Notes: generated from the letters alone by a model not told the origin. Shown: positions 28,877-39,226, counted from the first letter of the stretch. The stretch is DNA of 64,000 nt from an uncultured Hyphomicrobiales bacterium (GCA_964587395.1 CAZPMD010000009.1:1507-65506); one strand, 5' to 3'. Program-made: numbers and translations.

Positions 28877-30367
28877 TCAGCGCACCAGTTGCTCGATCGG
28901 TGCGGCGAGAGTGACGCGAAGGCTCCCGGCCGACCAGTCATAGCTCATCACGCCCTTGAGCTGGCGCTGGACACTCATCTCGATGAGCTGGCTGCCGAAG
29001 CCGCGATGGGTCGGAGGATCGTCCGTGGTCGTCGCCGTCCGCTCATGCCATTCCAGCTTGAGGTCGGTCGGGGAGCACCCCCATGAGACGCGGAGCTCGC
29101 CGCTCTCGGCGGCGAGGGCACCATATTTGGCGGCGTTGGTCGCCAGCTCGTGGAAGACGAGGGCTAGGCTGGTGGTGGCATTGGGGCCGAGCATGAGGTC
29201 CGGCCCTGAAACGACCAACTGCTCTGGACGGGCGACATGCGGCGCCAGGATCCGCTTCAGCAGGTCGGCAAGCTGGATCGTCTCGGCCATGTCGGTCTCG
29301 CCGAGCACCGCCGAGCGAATGAGATCATGGGCCGCCGACAGCGCGCTCAGGCGCCCGCGCAGGGCATCCGCCATCTCGCGCGGGCTGGCCGCGCTGCGCG
29401 CTGTCATCGAGATCAGGCCGGAGATCACGGCGAAGATGTTCTTCACGCGGTGATTGAGCTCGCGCAGCAGGATGGAGCGCGCCTCCTCCGATTGCTTCAG
29501 CTCGCTGATGTCGACGATGGCGCCGGGAAAGCGCGCCGGCCGGCCCTCGTGGTCGTAGAGGCATTCGCCCCGCGCGATCACCCAGTGCCAGGCGCCGTCA
29601 TGGCCGAGGAGGCGGTACTCCTCCGAATACTTCTCCTTGTCCGCAATCGCGCGGGCTAGCGAGTCGCGCACGCGCTGGCCATCCCCGGGATGAATCGCAT
29701 CGAGGAAATCCTCGACAGGGATGCCGATGTCGGCTCCGCGCGCCCGGCTGCCGAGCAGTTGCGCAAGGCGTGCATCGGGAAAGAAGAGGTCCGAGGCGAT
29801 GTGCCAGTCGAAGGTGCCGATCATGCCGGCGGAATTCAGTGCGAAGGCGAGCCGCTCGCGACTGCGGACCAGTTCCTGTTCCGCGCGAACCCTGAGGGTC
29901 GTCTCGGTGACAATGCCCAGCACGGCGATCGGAGAGCCGCTGTCGCCCATGACGGGGCTGTAGTGAAGGTCGAACCAGACATCCTCCGGCCCGCCGTTGC
30001 GATAGAGAACGAAGGGTTTGTCTCGGTAGGACAGATCTGCGCCGGCGAGGCACGAGCGCACCACGTTGTCGTTGAAGTCGGTGGCTTCCGGCCAGGCTTC
30101 GCGCACGCCCTGGCCGAGAAGTCCGGGATGGCGCGACTCCGCCATCTGCGCATAAGCATCGTTGTAGATCAGGATGCCCTGCGGCCCGGCGAGGAGCGCC
30201 TGGGGAACAGGGGAGCGGAGGATCGTCATCGCCACCGATCGCAGGGCGAGAGGCCATTCGCCGATGGGCCCGATAGGCGTGGACGCCCAGTCGAAGCCGG
30301 CGACCAGCCGGCCGACTTCGCCGCCGTGCTCTGCGAACAGGTCTTCCCAATCGGTCCTAGCGATCAT
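28877..30367 (-). CDS. Cytoplasmic PAS-domain sensor histidine kinase, HWE/HisKA_2 type
   Basis: 496 aa with no TM segment. PAS-like regions (FDWASTPIGPIGEWP; YRLLGHDGAWHWVIARG). H-box LLRELNHRVKNIFAVISGLI. C-terminal HELATNAAKYGAL and HRGFGSQLI. Confidence 0.85.
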   Translation of the reverse strand: MIARTDWEDLFAEHGGEVGRLVAGFDWASTPIGPIGEWPLALRSVAMTILRSPVPQALLAGPQGILIYNDAYAQMAESRHPGLLGQGVREAWPEATDFNDNVVRSCLAGADLSYRDKPFVLYRNGGPEDVWFDLHYSPVMGDSGSPIAVLGIVTETTLRVRAEQELVRSRERLAFALNSAGMIGTFDWHIASDLFFPDARLAQLLGSRARGADIGIPVEDFLDAIHPGDGQRVRDSLARAIADKEKYSEEYRLLGHDGAWHWVIARGECLYDHEGRPARFPGAIVDISELKQSEEARSILLRELNHRVKNIFAVISGLISMTARSAASPREMADALRGRLSALSAAHDLIRSAVLGETDMAETIQLADLLKRILAPHVARPEQLVVSGPDLMLGPNATTSLALVFHELATNAAKYGALAAESGELRVSWGCSPTDLKLEWHERTATTTDDPPTHRGFGSQLIEMSVQRQLKGVMSYDWSAGSLRVTLAAPIEQLVR

Positions 30368-30652
30368 TCTGCCTCATGCCGTTGACGGAAATTCTGGCAC
30401 TGTGGGGCAGCCCCTCGGGGTTCCCGGCCGGCGATAGGTGATCGTGGAAGGAGACCAGGGCGTGGAGAGCATGCTCGTGGTCCAACGCTGAGCTCTTACA
30501 TGGGCAGCCAAATCCGGCGCTGGTGAGGCGGTTCCCCGACCATGCGCGGACGGGCCGCAGTCGCAGGGCCTGTCGCGCCAGCAACCCGCACCGGCGGGGG
30601 ACCGGGCGGGTTGCAGAGCGGGCGAGGCGGCAGGAAGCAATGTCTGCCGGCA

Positions 30653-30826
30653 TCAGGCGCGGCGTAGCAGGCCGGCGACGACCGAGACGACGAACAGAAC
30701 GATCGCCACCCAGAACAGCATCTGCGCGCCGCCCATGGCCGTTCCGGCGACGCCGCCGAAGCCGAGGAAGGCCGCGACGAGCGCGACGACGAGAAAAACG
30801 ACGGCCCAGTGCAGAAGGGTACCCAT
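30653..30826 (-). CDS. DUF1328/YtjA-like small membrane protein (57 aa)
   Basis: C-terminal part of ORF 30653..31246(-): [57 protein letters not shown]. The FLGFGG...A motif is typical of the UPF0391 family. Confidence 0.75.
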   Translation of the reverse strand: MGTLLHWAVVFLVVALVAAFLGFGGVAGTAMGGAQMLFWVAIVLFVVSVVAGLLRRA

Positions 30827-30893
30827 GACGTGCTCCTGATGTGGTTGTGACAGGACCTTTGTGATCCCGGCGACATGGAGATGTCTGGCAATC

Positions 30894-30918
30894 AACGTCG
30901 TCGCCCGACCCAGGTTCC
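30894..30918 (-). promoter_or_regulatory. EcfG-type promoter, exact GGAAC-N16-CGTT (minus strand)
   Basis: Plus strand AACGtcgtcgcccgacccagGTTCC. 67 nt upstream of the DUF1328 ATG 30826. Confidence 0.6.
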
Positions 30919-31144
30919 CTTCAAGGCGGACGGAACTTTCTGCAGGGTCGTGGCGTTTGGGCCATCGCGGGCGCGTCCGGGAATGGACGCCAGTCGGCAT
31001 GCACGGAGTCGGAGAGACGAGACATGACGACTGATCGCCCGCCCCAAGCGGCTGCATACCGCTTACCCGATCGCGTGCCCGCCACGCCGGTCTGCCAGAA
31101 CGGCAGGCGCATCGCGACGTCGCCTGACCAGTCAAAGCGTTGCC

Positions 31145-33640
31145 ATGAGTGACGGCCGCCCCGTGGCGGAGAGGAGCGGGCAGGTCCCGCCACCGCATAC
31201 GCAGGTGCAACGGCAGGACGACGGCGACGAACGCAGGCGGCTTCATGCGCTGCGGGTGCGCCTGCTGCTGCTCGTCGGCGGCATGGCCATCCCGTTGCTG
31301 GTGCTCGCCCTCGGAGCCGTGTGGCAGGCGAACCGCAGCGAGCGGGCGCGGATGGAGACGCGCCTTGTCGAGCAGGCCCGGGCGATCGCCGCCAGCGTCG
31401 ACGGCGAGATGAAACAGGCCGAGGTCTATCTGCGGGCACTGGCCTCATCGCCCTCGCTAGCCAGCGGTGACTGGCTGTCAGTTTACCAGCAGGCGACGAG
31501 GTCGACCCGGCGTGGCACCTTCGTGGCCATTCTGGACGAGCACGGGCGGCGGCTCCTCAACACCTACTTTCCCGTCGGCGCGGGCGGCGTCAGCCTTACC
31601 CAGACGCGGGGCATCGACATCGCCCGTCAGGCGCTGGGCGAGGATCGGCTGGCGATTTCCGGCATCCTGACAGGCGACGCCATTGGCGAATCGGCGGTAG
31701 TGGCCGCGTTGGGAGCAGCGACGCGCTCGGGCCAACGGGTGGTGGTCGCGCTCATCATTCCGTCTGCCGTACTTGCCGGAGCATTGCAGGCGCAAAACCT
31801 GCCAGCCGAGTGGATCTCGGCCATCCTCGACGCCGATGGTCTCGTCACGGCGCGGTCCCGCGACAGCGCGCGCTTCGTCGGAACGCAGGCGATCGCGCCG
31901 GTCCGCCAGGTCCTGGCCACGCAGGCGAGCGGGCTGATCCATGCCCGGACCGTGGAGAATCTGACGGCGAGTCTTGCCGTTGCCCGCGCGCCGGAAAGTC
32001 GGTTCGCGGCGGTCATTGCAATTCCGGAAGCGGTGTTCGGGCGCAGTTTCGGCTCGATGCTCGGGCCGGTCGCCCTGATCGGCATCGGTCTCGTTCTCGC
32101 TGCCATGACCATCGCCATGCTGGCCTCGACCCGGATCCTCGCCGCCGTGCGCCGCGGCTATGCGGAAGAGCGCAGCCTCCGCGACGAGGTGACGGAAAAC
32201 CTGCGTGTCGTGGACGCCGAGCTGCAGCGGAGCGAGCGCCGCTTCCAGACCATCGCCGACGCGATGCCGCAGTTGGTCTGGTCGACGCTGCCCGACGGCT
32301 ACCACGACTATTTCAACCAGCGCTGGTACGAGTTCACGGGGATGACGCCCGGCTCGACCATGGGCGAGGTGTGGAACGATCTGCTCCACCCTGACGACCG
32401 GGCGCGCGCAGCCAGGCGCTGGCAGAATTCGCTCGACACCGGCGAGCCCTACGAGATCGAGTACCGGTTCAAGTCGGCCGATGGTGCCTATCGCTGGTTC
32501 ATCGGCCGCGCCATGCCGATCCGTGACCGCTCGGGGCGGATCGAACGCTGGTTCGGGACCTGCACCGACATTCACGACAAGAAGCTGGCGGAAGAGGCGC
32601 TGGTTGCGGCGCAGGGCCAGCTCAAGGCCCGCGTGGCGGAGCTCGCGCAGGAGAAGGCCCGCCTTGAGCGGCTGATGATCTCGGCGCCGAACCTCATCTT
32701 CATCAACGACCTGAAACGGGGGCGGAACGCCTACATCAACCCGCAGGTCTTCGAGGCACTGGGCTACGGCCCCGCCGAGCTGACGGGACGACCGCTCAAG
32801 GCGCTCGGCGAGCTGGTTCATCCAGAGGACCGCCGGCGCGTCGCCGGGTTCGTCGCGCAGATTCGCCGGGTGGCCGATGGCGAGGTGCGCGAGATCGAAC
32901 ACCGCATGCGCCATGCCGACGGCTCCTATCGCTGGTTCCTGTTCCGGGAGACGCCGTTCCAGCGCGATGCGGCCGGCCAGGTGACGCAGGTCCTCGGTAC
33001 GGCGCTCGACATTGGCGCGCGCAAGCAGGCCGACGAGCGCCAGCAGATGCTGATCCGCGAGTTGCATCACCGGGTGAAGAACATTCTCGCCACCGTGCAG
33101 GCGATCGCGTCGGCGACCGGGCGGTCGTCCCGCTCGTTCGAGGCGTTCCGGCAGGACTTCTCCGAAAGGCTGGTGTCGCTCGGGCGTACCCATTCACTGC
33201 TCACCCGCGAGGCCTGGGCCGGCGCCGGACTGCGCGACATCCTGGAGAGTGAACTCGCTCCCTATCTCGACCCGGCGGACGGGCGGGTTGTGATCGACGG
33301 CCCCGCCCTGGTGATCCCGCGCGACATGACGGTGCCGGTCGGCATGGCGATCCACGAATTGACGACCAATGCGGTGAAATATGGCGCGCTGTCGGTGCCC
33401 GCGGGGCACGTCGACGTCACGATCGAGAGCGACGGGGCGGTGCCGGAGCCCCGCATGACCCTGGTATGGCGCGAGAGCGGCGGGCCGCGGGTCGAGCCAC
33501 CGCAGCGCAAGGGTTTCGGCACGCTGCTGCTCAACCGGTTGCTCGCCTCGCAGCTCGGTGGCGAGGTGGCTATCGACTATCGGCCCGAAGGGGTCGTGGC
33601 GCGCCTGGACGTCGTGCTGCGCAAGGACGATCTGCGCTGA
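31145..33640 (+). CDS. Membrane sensor histidine kinase: periplasmic sensor domain, two PAS domains, HWE/HisKA_2 kinase core
   Basis: 831 aa. TM segments around [20 protein letters not shown] and [23 protein letters not shown] regions ([24 protein letters not shown]). H-box [32 protein letters not shown]. Confidence 0.85.
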   Translation: MSDGRPVAERSGQVPPPHTQVQRQDDGDERRRLHALRVRLLLLVGGMAIPLLVLALGAVWQANRSERARMETRLVEQARAIAASVDGEMKQAEVYLRALASSPSLASGDWLSVYQQATRSTRRGTFVAILDEHGRRLLNTYFPVGAGGVSLTQTRGIDIARQALGEDRLAISGILTGDAIGESAVVAALGAATRSGQRVVVALIIPSAVLAGALQAQNLPAEWISAILDADGLVTARSRDSARFVGTQAIAPVRQVLATQASGLIHARTVENLTASLAVARAPESRFAAVIAIPEAVFGRSFGSMLGPVALIGIGLVLAAMTIAMLASTRILAAVRRGYAEERSLRDEVTENLRVVDAELQRSERRFQTIADAMPQLVWSTLPDGYHDYFNQRWYEFTGMTPGSTMGEVWNDLLHPDDRARAARRWQNSLDTGEPYEIEYRFKSADGAYRWFIGRAMPIRDRSGRIERWFGTCTDIHDKKLAEEALVAAQGQLKARVAELAQEKARLERLMISAPNLIFINDLKRGRNAYINPQVFEALGYGPAELTGRPLKALGELVHPEDRRRVAGFVAQIRRVADGEVREIEHRMRHADGSYRWFLFRETPFQRDAAGQVTQVLGTALDIGARKQADERQQMLIRELHHRVKNILATVQAIASATGRSSRSFEAFRQDFSERLVSLGRTHSLLTREAWAGAGLRDILESELAPYLDPADGRVVIDGPALVIPRDMTVPVGMAIHELTTNAVKYGALSVPAGHVDVTIESDGAVPEPRMTLVWRESGGPRVEPPQRKGFGTLLLNRLLASQLGGEVAIDYRPEGVVARLDVVLRKDDLR

Positions 33641-33689
33641 AAGACGCAGCGCAACCGGCCAGCCCATGATGGAAACTCACGGAGTCTGC

Positions 33690-33714
33690 GGAACGATGCC
33701 GGTCCTGATGCGTT
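33690..33714 (+). promoter_or_regulatory. EcfG-type promoter, exact GGAAC-N16-CGTT
   Basis: gcGGAACgatgccggtcctgatgCGTTc. 39 nt upstream of ATG 33754. Confidence 0.6.
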
Positions 33715-33753
33715 CTTCGATCTGAAAACCACCAGCACAGACAGGAGCCATCC

Positions 33754-34113
33754 ATGCCCACTCCCTCAGGCCATACCCGAGCCATCGTCGCCTCGCGCGT
33801 CACCGGCACCAGCGTCTATAATCCGCAGGGTGAGAAGATCGGCCACGTCGAGGACATCGTTCTCGACAAGATGTCCGACAAGGTGATGTTCGCCGTTCTC
33901 GGCTTCGGCGGTTTCCTCGGCATCGGCGAGCGCTATCACGCCATGCCCTGGTCCATGCTCGACTACGACAAGGAGCGCGGCGGCTATGTCGTGTCCCTCG
34001 CCAGGGAGGTGCTGGAGAAGGCCCCGTCCTACGAGCTCAACGACCTTCTCAAGCAGGACGGCGCCGGCCAGGGTCCCTCGCTCGACTACTATGCGAAGTA
34101 CAGCGTCCACTGA
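33754..34113 (+). CDS. PRC-barrel domain protein (cytoplasmic, 119 aa)
   Basis: VTGTSVYNPQGEKIGHVEDIVLDKMSDKVMFAVLGFGGFLGIGERYHAMPW is a typical PRC-barrel sequence. Confidence 0.8.
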   Translation: MPTPSGHTRAIVASRVTGTSVYNPQGEKIGHVEDIVLDKMSDKVMFAVLGFGGFLGIGERYHAMPWSMLDYDKERGGYVVSLAREVLEKAPSYELNDLLKQDGAGQGPSLDYYAKYSVH

Positions 34114-34165
34114 CCCGCGGCGGCGGTGCGACCGTCCGTCGGTCCTCCCTCTTCCGTTTTCCGAG

Positions 34166-34192
34166 ACGGCGGCCCGCAAGGCCGCCGTTTTG
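34166..34192 (+). terminator. Rho-independent terminator after the PRC-barrel gene
   Basis: ACGGCGGCC-cgcaa-GGCCGCCGT followed by TTTT. Confidence 0.7.
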
Positions 34193-34398
34193 GCGTGCGG
34201 CGCCTAACGAAAGCCAAGCCGATGCAGGAAGAAGTTCCGGCTGCGGGAAGTCGTTCCCGCGAGCACCGCCCGGCGGTCCCGAACTGCGAGGCGCATCCGT
34301 GGAAGATCTGTTCACCAGCGTTCATCTGCTGGCTATCGCGGCCATCGCCTTCGCCGCCCATACTCTCTCCACGGGATGAGGGAGACCCGGGAACTGCA

Positions 34399-35193
34399 AT
34401 GCGTCCGGCGCCCCGGCGGCGCCGCATCATGGTCCCGATGAACGCCTCCTCCGCGGCCTGTGCGGCAGTGGCGATCGTTCTTGCCGCCTCGGGCGTCGGC
34501 ACAGTGGCCGGAGCCCAGTCATTGCCCTCCAGGGCTCCCTTGCCACAAAGCCGGCCTCAGGCCGCCTCACCGCCGGCGGTGGCACCGCAGGCACCTCCGC
34601 TCCCGTCTCCCCGTTCCACGACCCGCTCTCCGGCCGTTGCGGCGTCGGCGTGCCAGGCAAGGCTCGCCGTGACCGGTGTCCGCTTCGCATCAGTCGCGGC
34701 AACGGACCCGCGGGTGGACTGTGCGATCGAGGATCCGGTGCAACTCGACAGCATGGCAACGGATGGCGGCGAGGTCCGCTGGCCCGACCGGCCGATCGTG
34801 AGCTGTTCCTTTGCCGGCATGCTCGCCGACTTCACCCGCGACGTTGCAGAGCCCCTCGCCCGCGCCACGACCGGCCGGGCCATCGCCGCCTTCGGCACCG
34901 GCCCGGGTTTCGCCTGCCGGCCGCGCAACAGGGTCGAGGGGGGCCAGATGAGCGCCCACGGCCGCGGGCTTGCCATCGACATTGCCTGGTTCGAGTTCGC
35001 CGGCGGGCATCGCGAGACTGTCGAGGCGCCGGGAGACGAGAAGGTTGCACGCCTCATCCACGCCTTGCGCCGGTCCGCTTGCGGCTGGTTCACGACGGTT
35101 CTCGGACCCGGGTCGGATGCAGCCCATGTCGATCATCTCCACCTCGACGCGGAGCGCCGCGGGCAGCGTGGCGACAGCCGCCTGTGCCAGTAG
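34399..35193 (+). CDS. Extensin-like C-terminal domain protein (secreted, Pro/Ala-rich linker)
   Basis: ORF 34126..35193 trimmed to MRPAPRRRRIMVPMNASSAACAAVAIVLAASG. C-terminus ...MSAHGRGLAIDIAWFEF...GPGSDAAHVDHLHLD resembles the bacterial extensin-like_C family. Confidence 0.7.
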   Translation: MRPAPRRRRIMVPMNASSAACAAVAIVLAASGVGTVAGAQSLPSRAPLPQSRPQAASPPAVAPQAPPLPSPRSTTRSPAVAASACQARLAVTGVRFASVAATDPRVDCAIEDPVQLDSMATDGGEVRWPDRPIVSCSFAGMLADFTRDVAEPLARATTGRAIAAFGTGPGFACRPRNRVEGGQMSAHGRGLAIDIAWFEFAGGHRETVEAPGDEKVARLIHALRRSACGWFTTVLGPGSDAAHVDHLHLDAERRGQRGDSRLCQ

Positions 35194-35309
35194 GAGCCAC
35201 TGTGGGGGATGTGCCCCGCGCCCCCGCTTCCCATCGTGCCTGCTGTCGCCCACGCGAAAGCCCCGCGCCGGTGGGCGCGGGGCTGACTGGTTCGACGAGA
35301 TGGGTTGCG

Positions 35310-35861
35310 TCAGGTGCGGGCGGGCGCGAAGGTCGGCATGTCCTGCAACTGCTTCTTCGTGCTCGTCACGAAGCCGACCAGCGTGCCGTCAGACATGCGC
35401 ATGAGCTTGATGTCGTTCAGGATCAGGGCGACGTTCTTCTCGCCGATGCCGAGGAAACCGCCGACGCCGAGGATGGCATGCGAGATGCGGCCGTCAGGAC
35501 CGATGACGAGATCGTCGATCGTGCCGATGGAGTCGTGGCGGTCACGCATGGTGCGCCACTGCTCGTCGCTCACCGGCGTCACGGCCATGGCGGGCGCGGC
35601 CGGGGTTGAGCCGGTGGTCATCGGTGCAGCCGTGCCCGTCGAGGCCTGGCCCGGCTTCGGCGCATAGACCGAGATGCCGACGATCTTGCCAGTGGTCAGC
35701 TGATGCGCGCCCATCTCCGTCGCTGCCGGGGTTGCCGGACGCATGGGCTGGGTCTGCACCGGAGAAGCCGGCTGCTGCGGCGTCGGTGCCGCCGTCTGGG
35801 CCATCACGCCGGTGGCGAGAAGGGTCGCGACGGATGCCGTCAAAAGAGTGGTCCTGATCAT
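35310..35861 (-). CDS. Secreted PRC-barrel domain protein with a Pro/Thr/Ala-rich N-terminal region
   Basis: ORF 35310..35975(-) trimmed to MIRTTLLTASVATLLATGVMAQ (CAGGAGGCAACTGCC SD). C-terminal IGTIDDLVIGPDGRISHAILGVGGFLGIGEKNVAL PRC-barrel motif. Confidence 0.75.
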   Translation of the reverse strand: MIRTTLLTASVATLLATGVMAQTAAPTPQQPASPVQTQPMRPATPAATEMGAHQLTTGKIVGISVYAPKPGQASTGTAAPMTTGSTPAAPAMAVTPVSDEQWRTMRDRHDSIGTIDDLVIGPDGRISHAILGVGGFLGIGEKNVALILNDIKLMRMSDGTLVGFVTSTKKQLQDMPTFAPART

Positions 35862-35942
35862 GGCAGTTGCCTCCTGTCTGGAAAACCAGCGCGATGGATG
35901 CCGCCTCAGGCAAGATCCGAAGCATCGCGCTGTTGCCATGAC

Positions 35943-35967
35943 AACTGTCCGGGCGGCCCGTTGTTCC
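35943..35967 (-). promoter_or_regulatory. Near-consensus EcfG-type promoter GGAAC-N16-AGTT (minus strand)
   Basis: Plus strand AACTgtccgggcggcccgttGTTCC. 81 nt upstream of ATG 35861. One mismatch in the -10 element (A for C). Confidence 0.35.
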
Positions 35968-36005
35968 GGCGGCAATCGTCGGATTCGGCCGGTGACGACA
36001 TGTAT

Positions 36006-36902
36006 TTAGCCGGCGTCACGAATATCGTTGATGGCCTGCCAGTGCTGCCGGCGGTACTCGGCCGACTGCGGGAAGCGCTCGCCTTCCACCTCCTCGGTGA
36101 TCACGGTGAAGCGCGCCAGGGTATGCGGGCCGAAGGAATTGACGAAGGGCACGTCCGCCGCGTCACGTCCCCGTGCCACGACGATCCGGCCAATCCTAGG
36201 CCGGTTGTGCCGGGCATCGAAGGCGTACCAGGTTCCGTCGAGATAGACTTCGAACCAGGCGCTGAAATCCATGGGATTGGGATCCACCGGCACGCCGATG
36301 TCGCCGAGATAGCCGGTGCAGTAGCGGGCTGGAATGTTGAGGCAGCGACACAGGGTAACGGCGAGATGGGCGAAGTCCCGGCAGACGCCGGCACGCTCCT
36401 GCAGGGCCTCGGCGGCGGTGCGGGTGTGGCGGGCCGCCATGTAATCGAAGCGGATATGGCCATTCACGAAGTCGCAGACGGCCTGGACCTGCTCCCAGCC
36501 AGGACGCAGACCTGAAAAATTGTTCCAGGCAACCGACATCAGGCTGTCGGTCTCGCAATAGCGGCTGCCCAGCAGAAAACTCAGCGTCTCCGGTGGGAGC
36601 GCGTCGGGGGGCATGACCGTCGCCCAGGGCGCCACGGGATCGGGAAAGCCGGAATCGTGGATCTTCCCTTCGGCCGAGAGGCGCACGCCGCCTGCCGGAA
36701 CGGTGATGCGCCGGCAGATGTTGCCGAAGCCGTCGATATAGATCTCCGTCGGGCAGGGCGCCCCCGTCGCGAGCGAAGACGCGGCCATGATGTCAGGTTC
36801 AGAGATGTCGGTACGCCGGTCGGGATGGACGTCGAGCATCAGGATCGCCGGCAGGGTCTGGTCGCAGACGATCTCGATGTCGTAGCCGTAGCGGATATGC
36901 AT
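36006..36902 (-). CDS. Transglutaminase-like (Bact_transglu_N + transglutaminase core) family protein, copy 1; Ser at the expected catalytic His position
   Basis: ORF 36006..36932(-). ATG 36902 has a GAAGGAG SD. MHIRYGYDIEIVCDQ N-terminal domain. Core GVCRDFAHL ... DFSAWFEVYLDGTWYAFDARHN. Confidence 0.8.
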   Translation of the reverse strand: MHIRYGYDIEIVCDQTLPAILMLDVHPDRRTDISEPDIMAASSLATGAPCPTEIYIDGFGNICRRITVPAGGVRLSAEGKIHDSGFPDPVAPWATVMPPDALPPETLSFLLGSRYCETDSLMSVAWNNFSGLRPGWEQVQAVCDFVNGHIRFDYMAARHTRTAAEALQERAGVCRDFAHLAVTLCRCLNIPARYCTGYLGDIGVPVDPNPMDFSAWFEVYLDGTWYAFDARHNRPRIGRIVVARGRDAADVPFVNSFGPHTLARFTVITEEVEGERFPQSAEYRRQHWQAINDIRDAG

Positions 36903-36974
36903 CGGTGGTCTCCTTCGCAGGGATGCGGACATCCGGCCGCATCCGCCGGGCGCGGCAGCTGATCATGATCGGTG

Positions 36975-36999
36975 AACGCCACGCTTGGCCAGCGGTTCC
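36975..36999 (-). promoter_or_regulatory. EcfG-type promoter, exact GGAAC-N16-CGTT (minus strand)
   Basis: Plus strand AACGccacgcttggccagcgGTTCC. 72 nt upstream of ATG 36902. Confidence 0.6.
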
Positions 37000-37234
37000 T
37001 TGCTCGCAGGTGAGCATTCCGCGCGATCAGAGAAAGGTCCGCTGTGTCAGGTCGCGGTCGTACCGGGCGGCGCTCCGTTCGGTGAGATGCGGGTTATCGA
37101 GGGTCGGCGGCCGGCCGAGCCGCGGGCAGGCGTGGCACCAGCGGTGGGTGGTGCCGGGCAGCGTCCTATTCGCGATCATGGGTCCCCTCGGCCTGCGTCC
37201 GCCGGAAAATATGCTGGCGCGACGATCCGCGCAG

Positions 37235-37259
37235 GGAACTCGCGGGCCGCGGTCGCGTT
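37235..37259 (+). promoter_or_regulatory. EcfG-type promoter, exact GGAAC-N16-CGTT
   Basis: cagGGAACtcgcgggccgcggtcgCGTTc. 86 nt upstream of ATG 37346. Back-to-back with the 36975-36999 promoter. Confidence 0.6.
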
Positions 37260-37345
37260 CCGTCCCCTGGCTCTCCTGATGCATTCCGCTGCCGCCGGCG
37301 CGGTGTGGCAGGCCGGGCAAGCTCCACCCGCGCGGAAACCTCTCC

Positions 37346-39151
37346 ATGTCCTCTTCCGAACCCGATGTCGTCGACCGGCCCTACCGGTCGCGATCGCGAT
37401 CCTTCCTGCGCATGGCAACCGGCTTCTGGACGGGGTTCTCCGGGGTACGGGCCTGGCTGCTGACCATCGTGGTTCTCGGCTTCGCCTTCGCGCAGATTGC
37501 GGCGCAGGTCGGCATCAACAGCTGGAACCGCATGTTCTTCGACGCGCTCGAGAAGAAGGAGATCGGCGACGTCGTCACCGCCATCAGCCTCCTGCCGCTG
37601 CTCGTTGGCGTTGCGGCGATCACCATGTCCGGGCTCGTCGTCTCGCGCATGCTGCTGCAGGTGCGTTGGCGCGAGTGGGTCACGCACCGGCTGGCGGGAT
37701 GGTGGATCGCCGACCAGCGCTACTATCGCCTGGGCTTCCTGGCCACGGAGCATTCGGCACCGGAGTTCCGTATCGCCGAGGACGTGCGCATCTCCACCGA
37801 GCCGCTGGTGGAATTCGCCATCGGACTGATATCGGCCCTGGTCACAGCTCTCACCTTCGCGGCCATCCTCTGGACCGTGGCCGGATCCATCACCTTCGAG
37901 ATCGCCGGACGGACGGCCCTCATCCCCGCCTATATGGCGATCGCCGCGGTTCTCTATGCCGTCATCGCCTCGACGACCGCCTACTATGTCGGTCGCGCGC
38001 TGGTGGGAAGGATCGCCACCAAGAACGAGACGGAGGCGCTGTTCCGCGCCGAGATGACACGGCTGCGCGAGAATGCCGAGAGCATCGCGCTGATCAAGGG
38101 CGACGCGGACGAGCGGTCCTCGGTCAAGGACACATATTCAAACGTCGTCCGGGCTTGGATGGCGGTCGTCCGCCGGCAGGGCTTCATCGCGCTGGTGCTC
38201 AACACCAATGGCGCGCTCTTTCCAATCGTGCCGCTGCTGCTGGTGGCGCCGAAATACCTGTCGGGCGAACTGACGCTCGGCGCCGTCATGCAGGTCGCCG
38301 CCGCCTTCAGCGCCGTGCAGGCGGCGCTCATCTGGTTCGTCGACAATTTCGTGCGCCTGTCCGAATGGTACGCCTCGGTGGTGCGCGTCGACGAGTTCGT
38401 CGAGACCCTGGAAGAGGTCGATATCGGCACGATCATGGAGGACGAGCAGCAGATCAGGCTAGGCGAGAGCGATGACGACACCATCCAGATCGACAATCTG
38501 TCGCTCGCCCACCGCAACGGCCGGGTCGTCATCGACGATGCGTCCATCCGCATCCAGCCCGGAGAAAAGATCCTCATCGCCGGGGAGAGCGGCACCGGCA
38601 AGAGCACGTTCATCCGCGCGCTCGCGGGGCTCTGGCCCTGGGGCTCGGGGAGCATCGCCTTCCCGCGCAACACCCCTCATGCCTTCGTGCCGCAGAAGCC
38701 CTACCTGCCGCGCGGCACATTGAAGGACACGCTGATCTACCCCGAAAGCGGGGCTCAACTGGACGAGGCGGTCATCCTGCAGGCCATGGAGCGCTGCGGG
38801 CTCGGTTATCTGGCGAAGCGCCTCAACGAGGAGGACGACTGGGATCGCGTCCTGTCCGGCGGCGAGCGCCAGCGCGTCGCCTTCTGCCGCCTGCTCATCC
38901 ACAAGCCGCCGATCATCATCATGGACGAGGCGACCGCAGCGCTCGACGAGGGCAGCCAGGACAGCCTGCTCTCCCTGTTCGAGAACGAGCTCGCCGCCTC
39001 GACGCTGATCAGCGTCGGACATCGTCCCGGGCTCGAGAGATTCCACGACCGCAAGATCACCCTCGTGCGGCGCCCCGCCGGTGCACGCATGCAGTCGACG
39101 CCGATCCGCAAGTCGATCTGGCGGCTTCTCAGCGGGGGCGAGGTGGCCTGA
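37346..39151 (+). CDS. Fused permease/ATPase ABC half-transporter of the ABCD / YddA / SbmA-BacA-related type
   Basis: 601 aa. N-terminal 5-6 TM region of ABC_membrane_2 style (NSWNRMFFDALEKK, QRYYRL). C-terminal NBD with GESGTGKST, LSGGERQRVAFCRLL and IIIMDEATAALD. Confidence 0.85.
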   Translation: MSSSEPDVVDRPYRSRSRSFLRMATGFWTGFSGVRAWLLTIVVLGFAFAQIAAQVGINSWNRMFFDALEKKEIGDVVTAISLLPLLVGVAAITMSGLVVSRMLLQVRWREWVTHRLAGWWIADQRYYRLGFLATEHSAPEFRIAEDVRISTEPLVEFAIGLISALVTALTFAAILWTVAGSITFEIAGRTALIPAYMAIAAVLYAVIASTTAYYVGRALVGRIATKNETEALFRAEMTRLRENAESIALIKGDADERSSVKDTYSNVVRAWMAVVRRQGFIALVLNTNGALFPIVPLLLVAPKYLSGELTLGAVMQVAAAFSAVQAALIWFVDNFVRLSEWYASVVRVDEFVETLEEVDIGTIMEDEQQIRLGESDDDTIQIDNLSLAHRNGRVVIDDASIRIQPGEKILIAGESGTGKSTFIRALAGLWPWGSGSIAFPRNTPHAFVPQKPYLPRGTLKDTLIYPESGAQLDEAVILQAMERCGLGYLAKRLNEEDDWDRVLSGGERQRVAFCRLLIHKPPIIIMDEATAALDEGSQDSLLSLFENELAASTLISVGHRPGLERFHDRKITLVRRPAGARMQSTPIRKSIWRLLSGGEVA

Positions 39152-39195
39152 CAGAAAGCGGAGTCGTTTCCTGGCGAGGGGCGGGAACCATAGCG

Positions 39196-39220
39196 GGAAC
39201 CATTCCACGCGAGGAGCGTT
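39196..39220 (+). promoter_or_regulatory. EcfG-type promoter, exact GGAAC-N16-CGTT, with a tandemly duplicated -35 region
   Basis: gcgGGAACcattccacgcgaggagCGTTg, preceded by the direct repeat gcgggaaccat (39181-39191 and 39193-39203). Confidence 0.55.
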
Positions 39221-39226
39221 GATGGA

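Noticed and set aside
31097-31121. AGAAC-N16-CGTC upstream of the 31145 kinase gene, as a possible EcfG promoter.
   Set aside because: It mismatches in both the -35 and -10 core positions and ends only 23 nt from the ATG. That is too weak to call.
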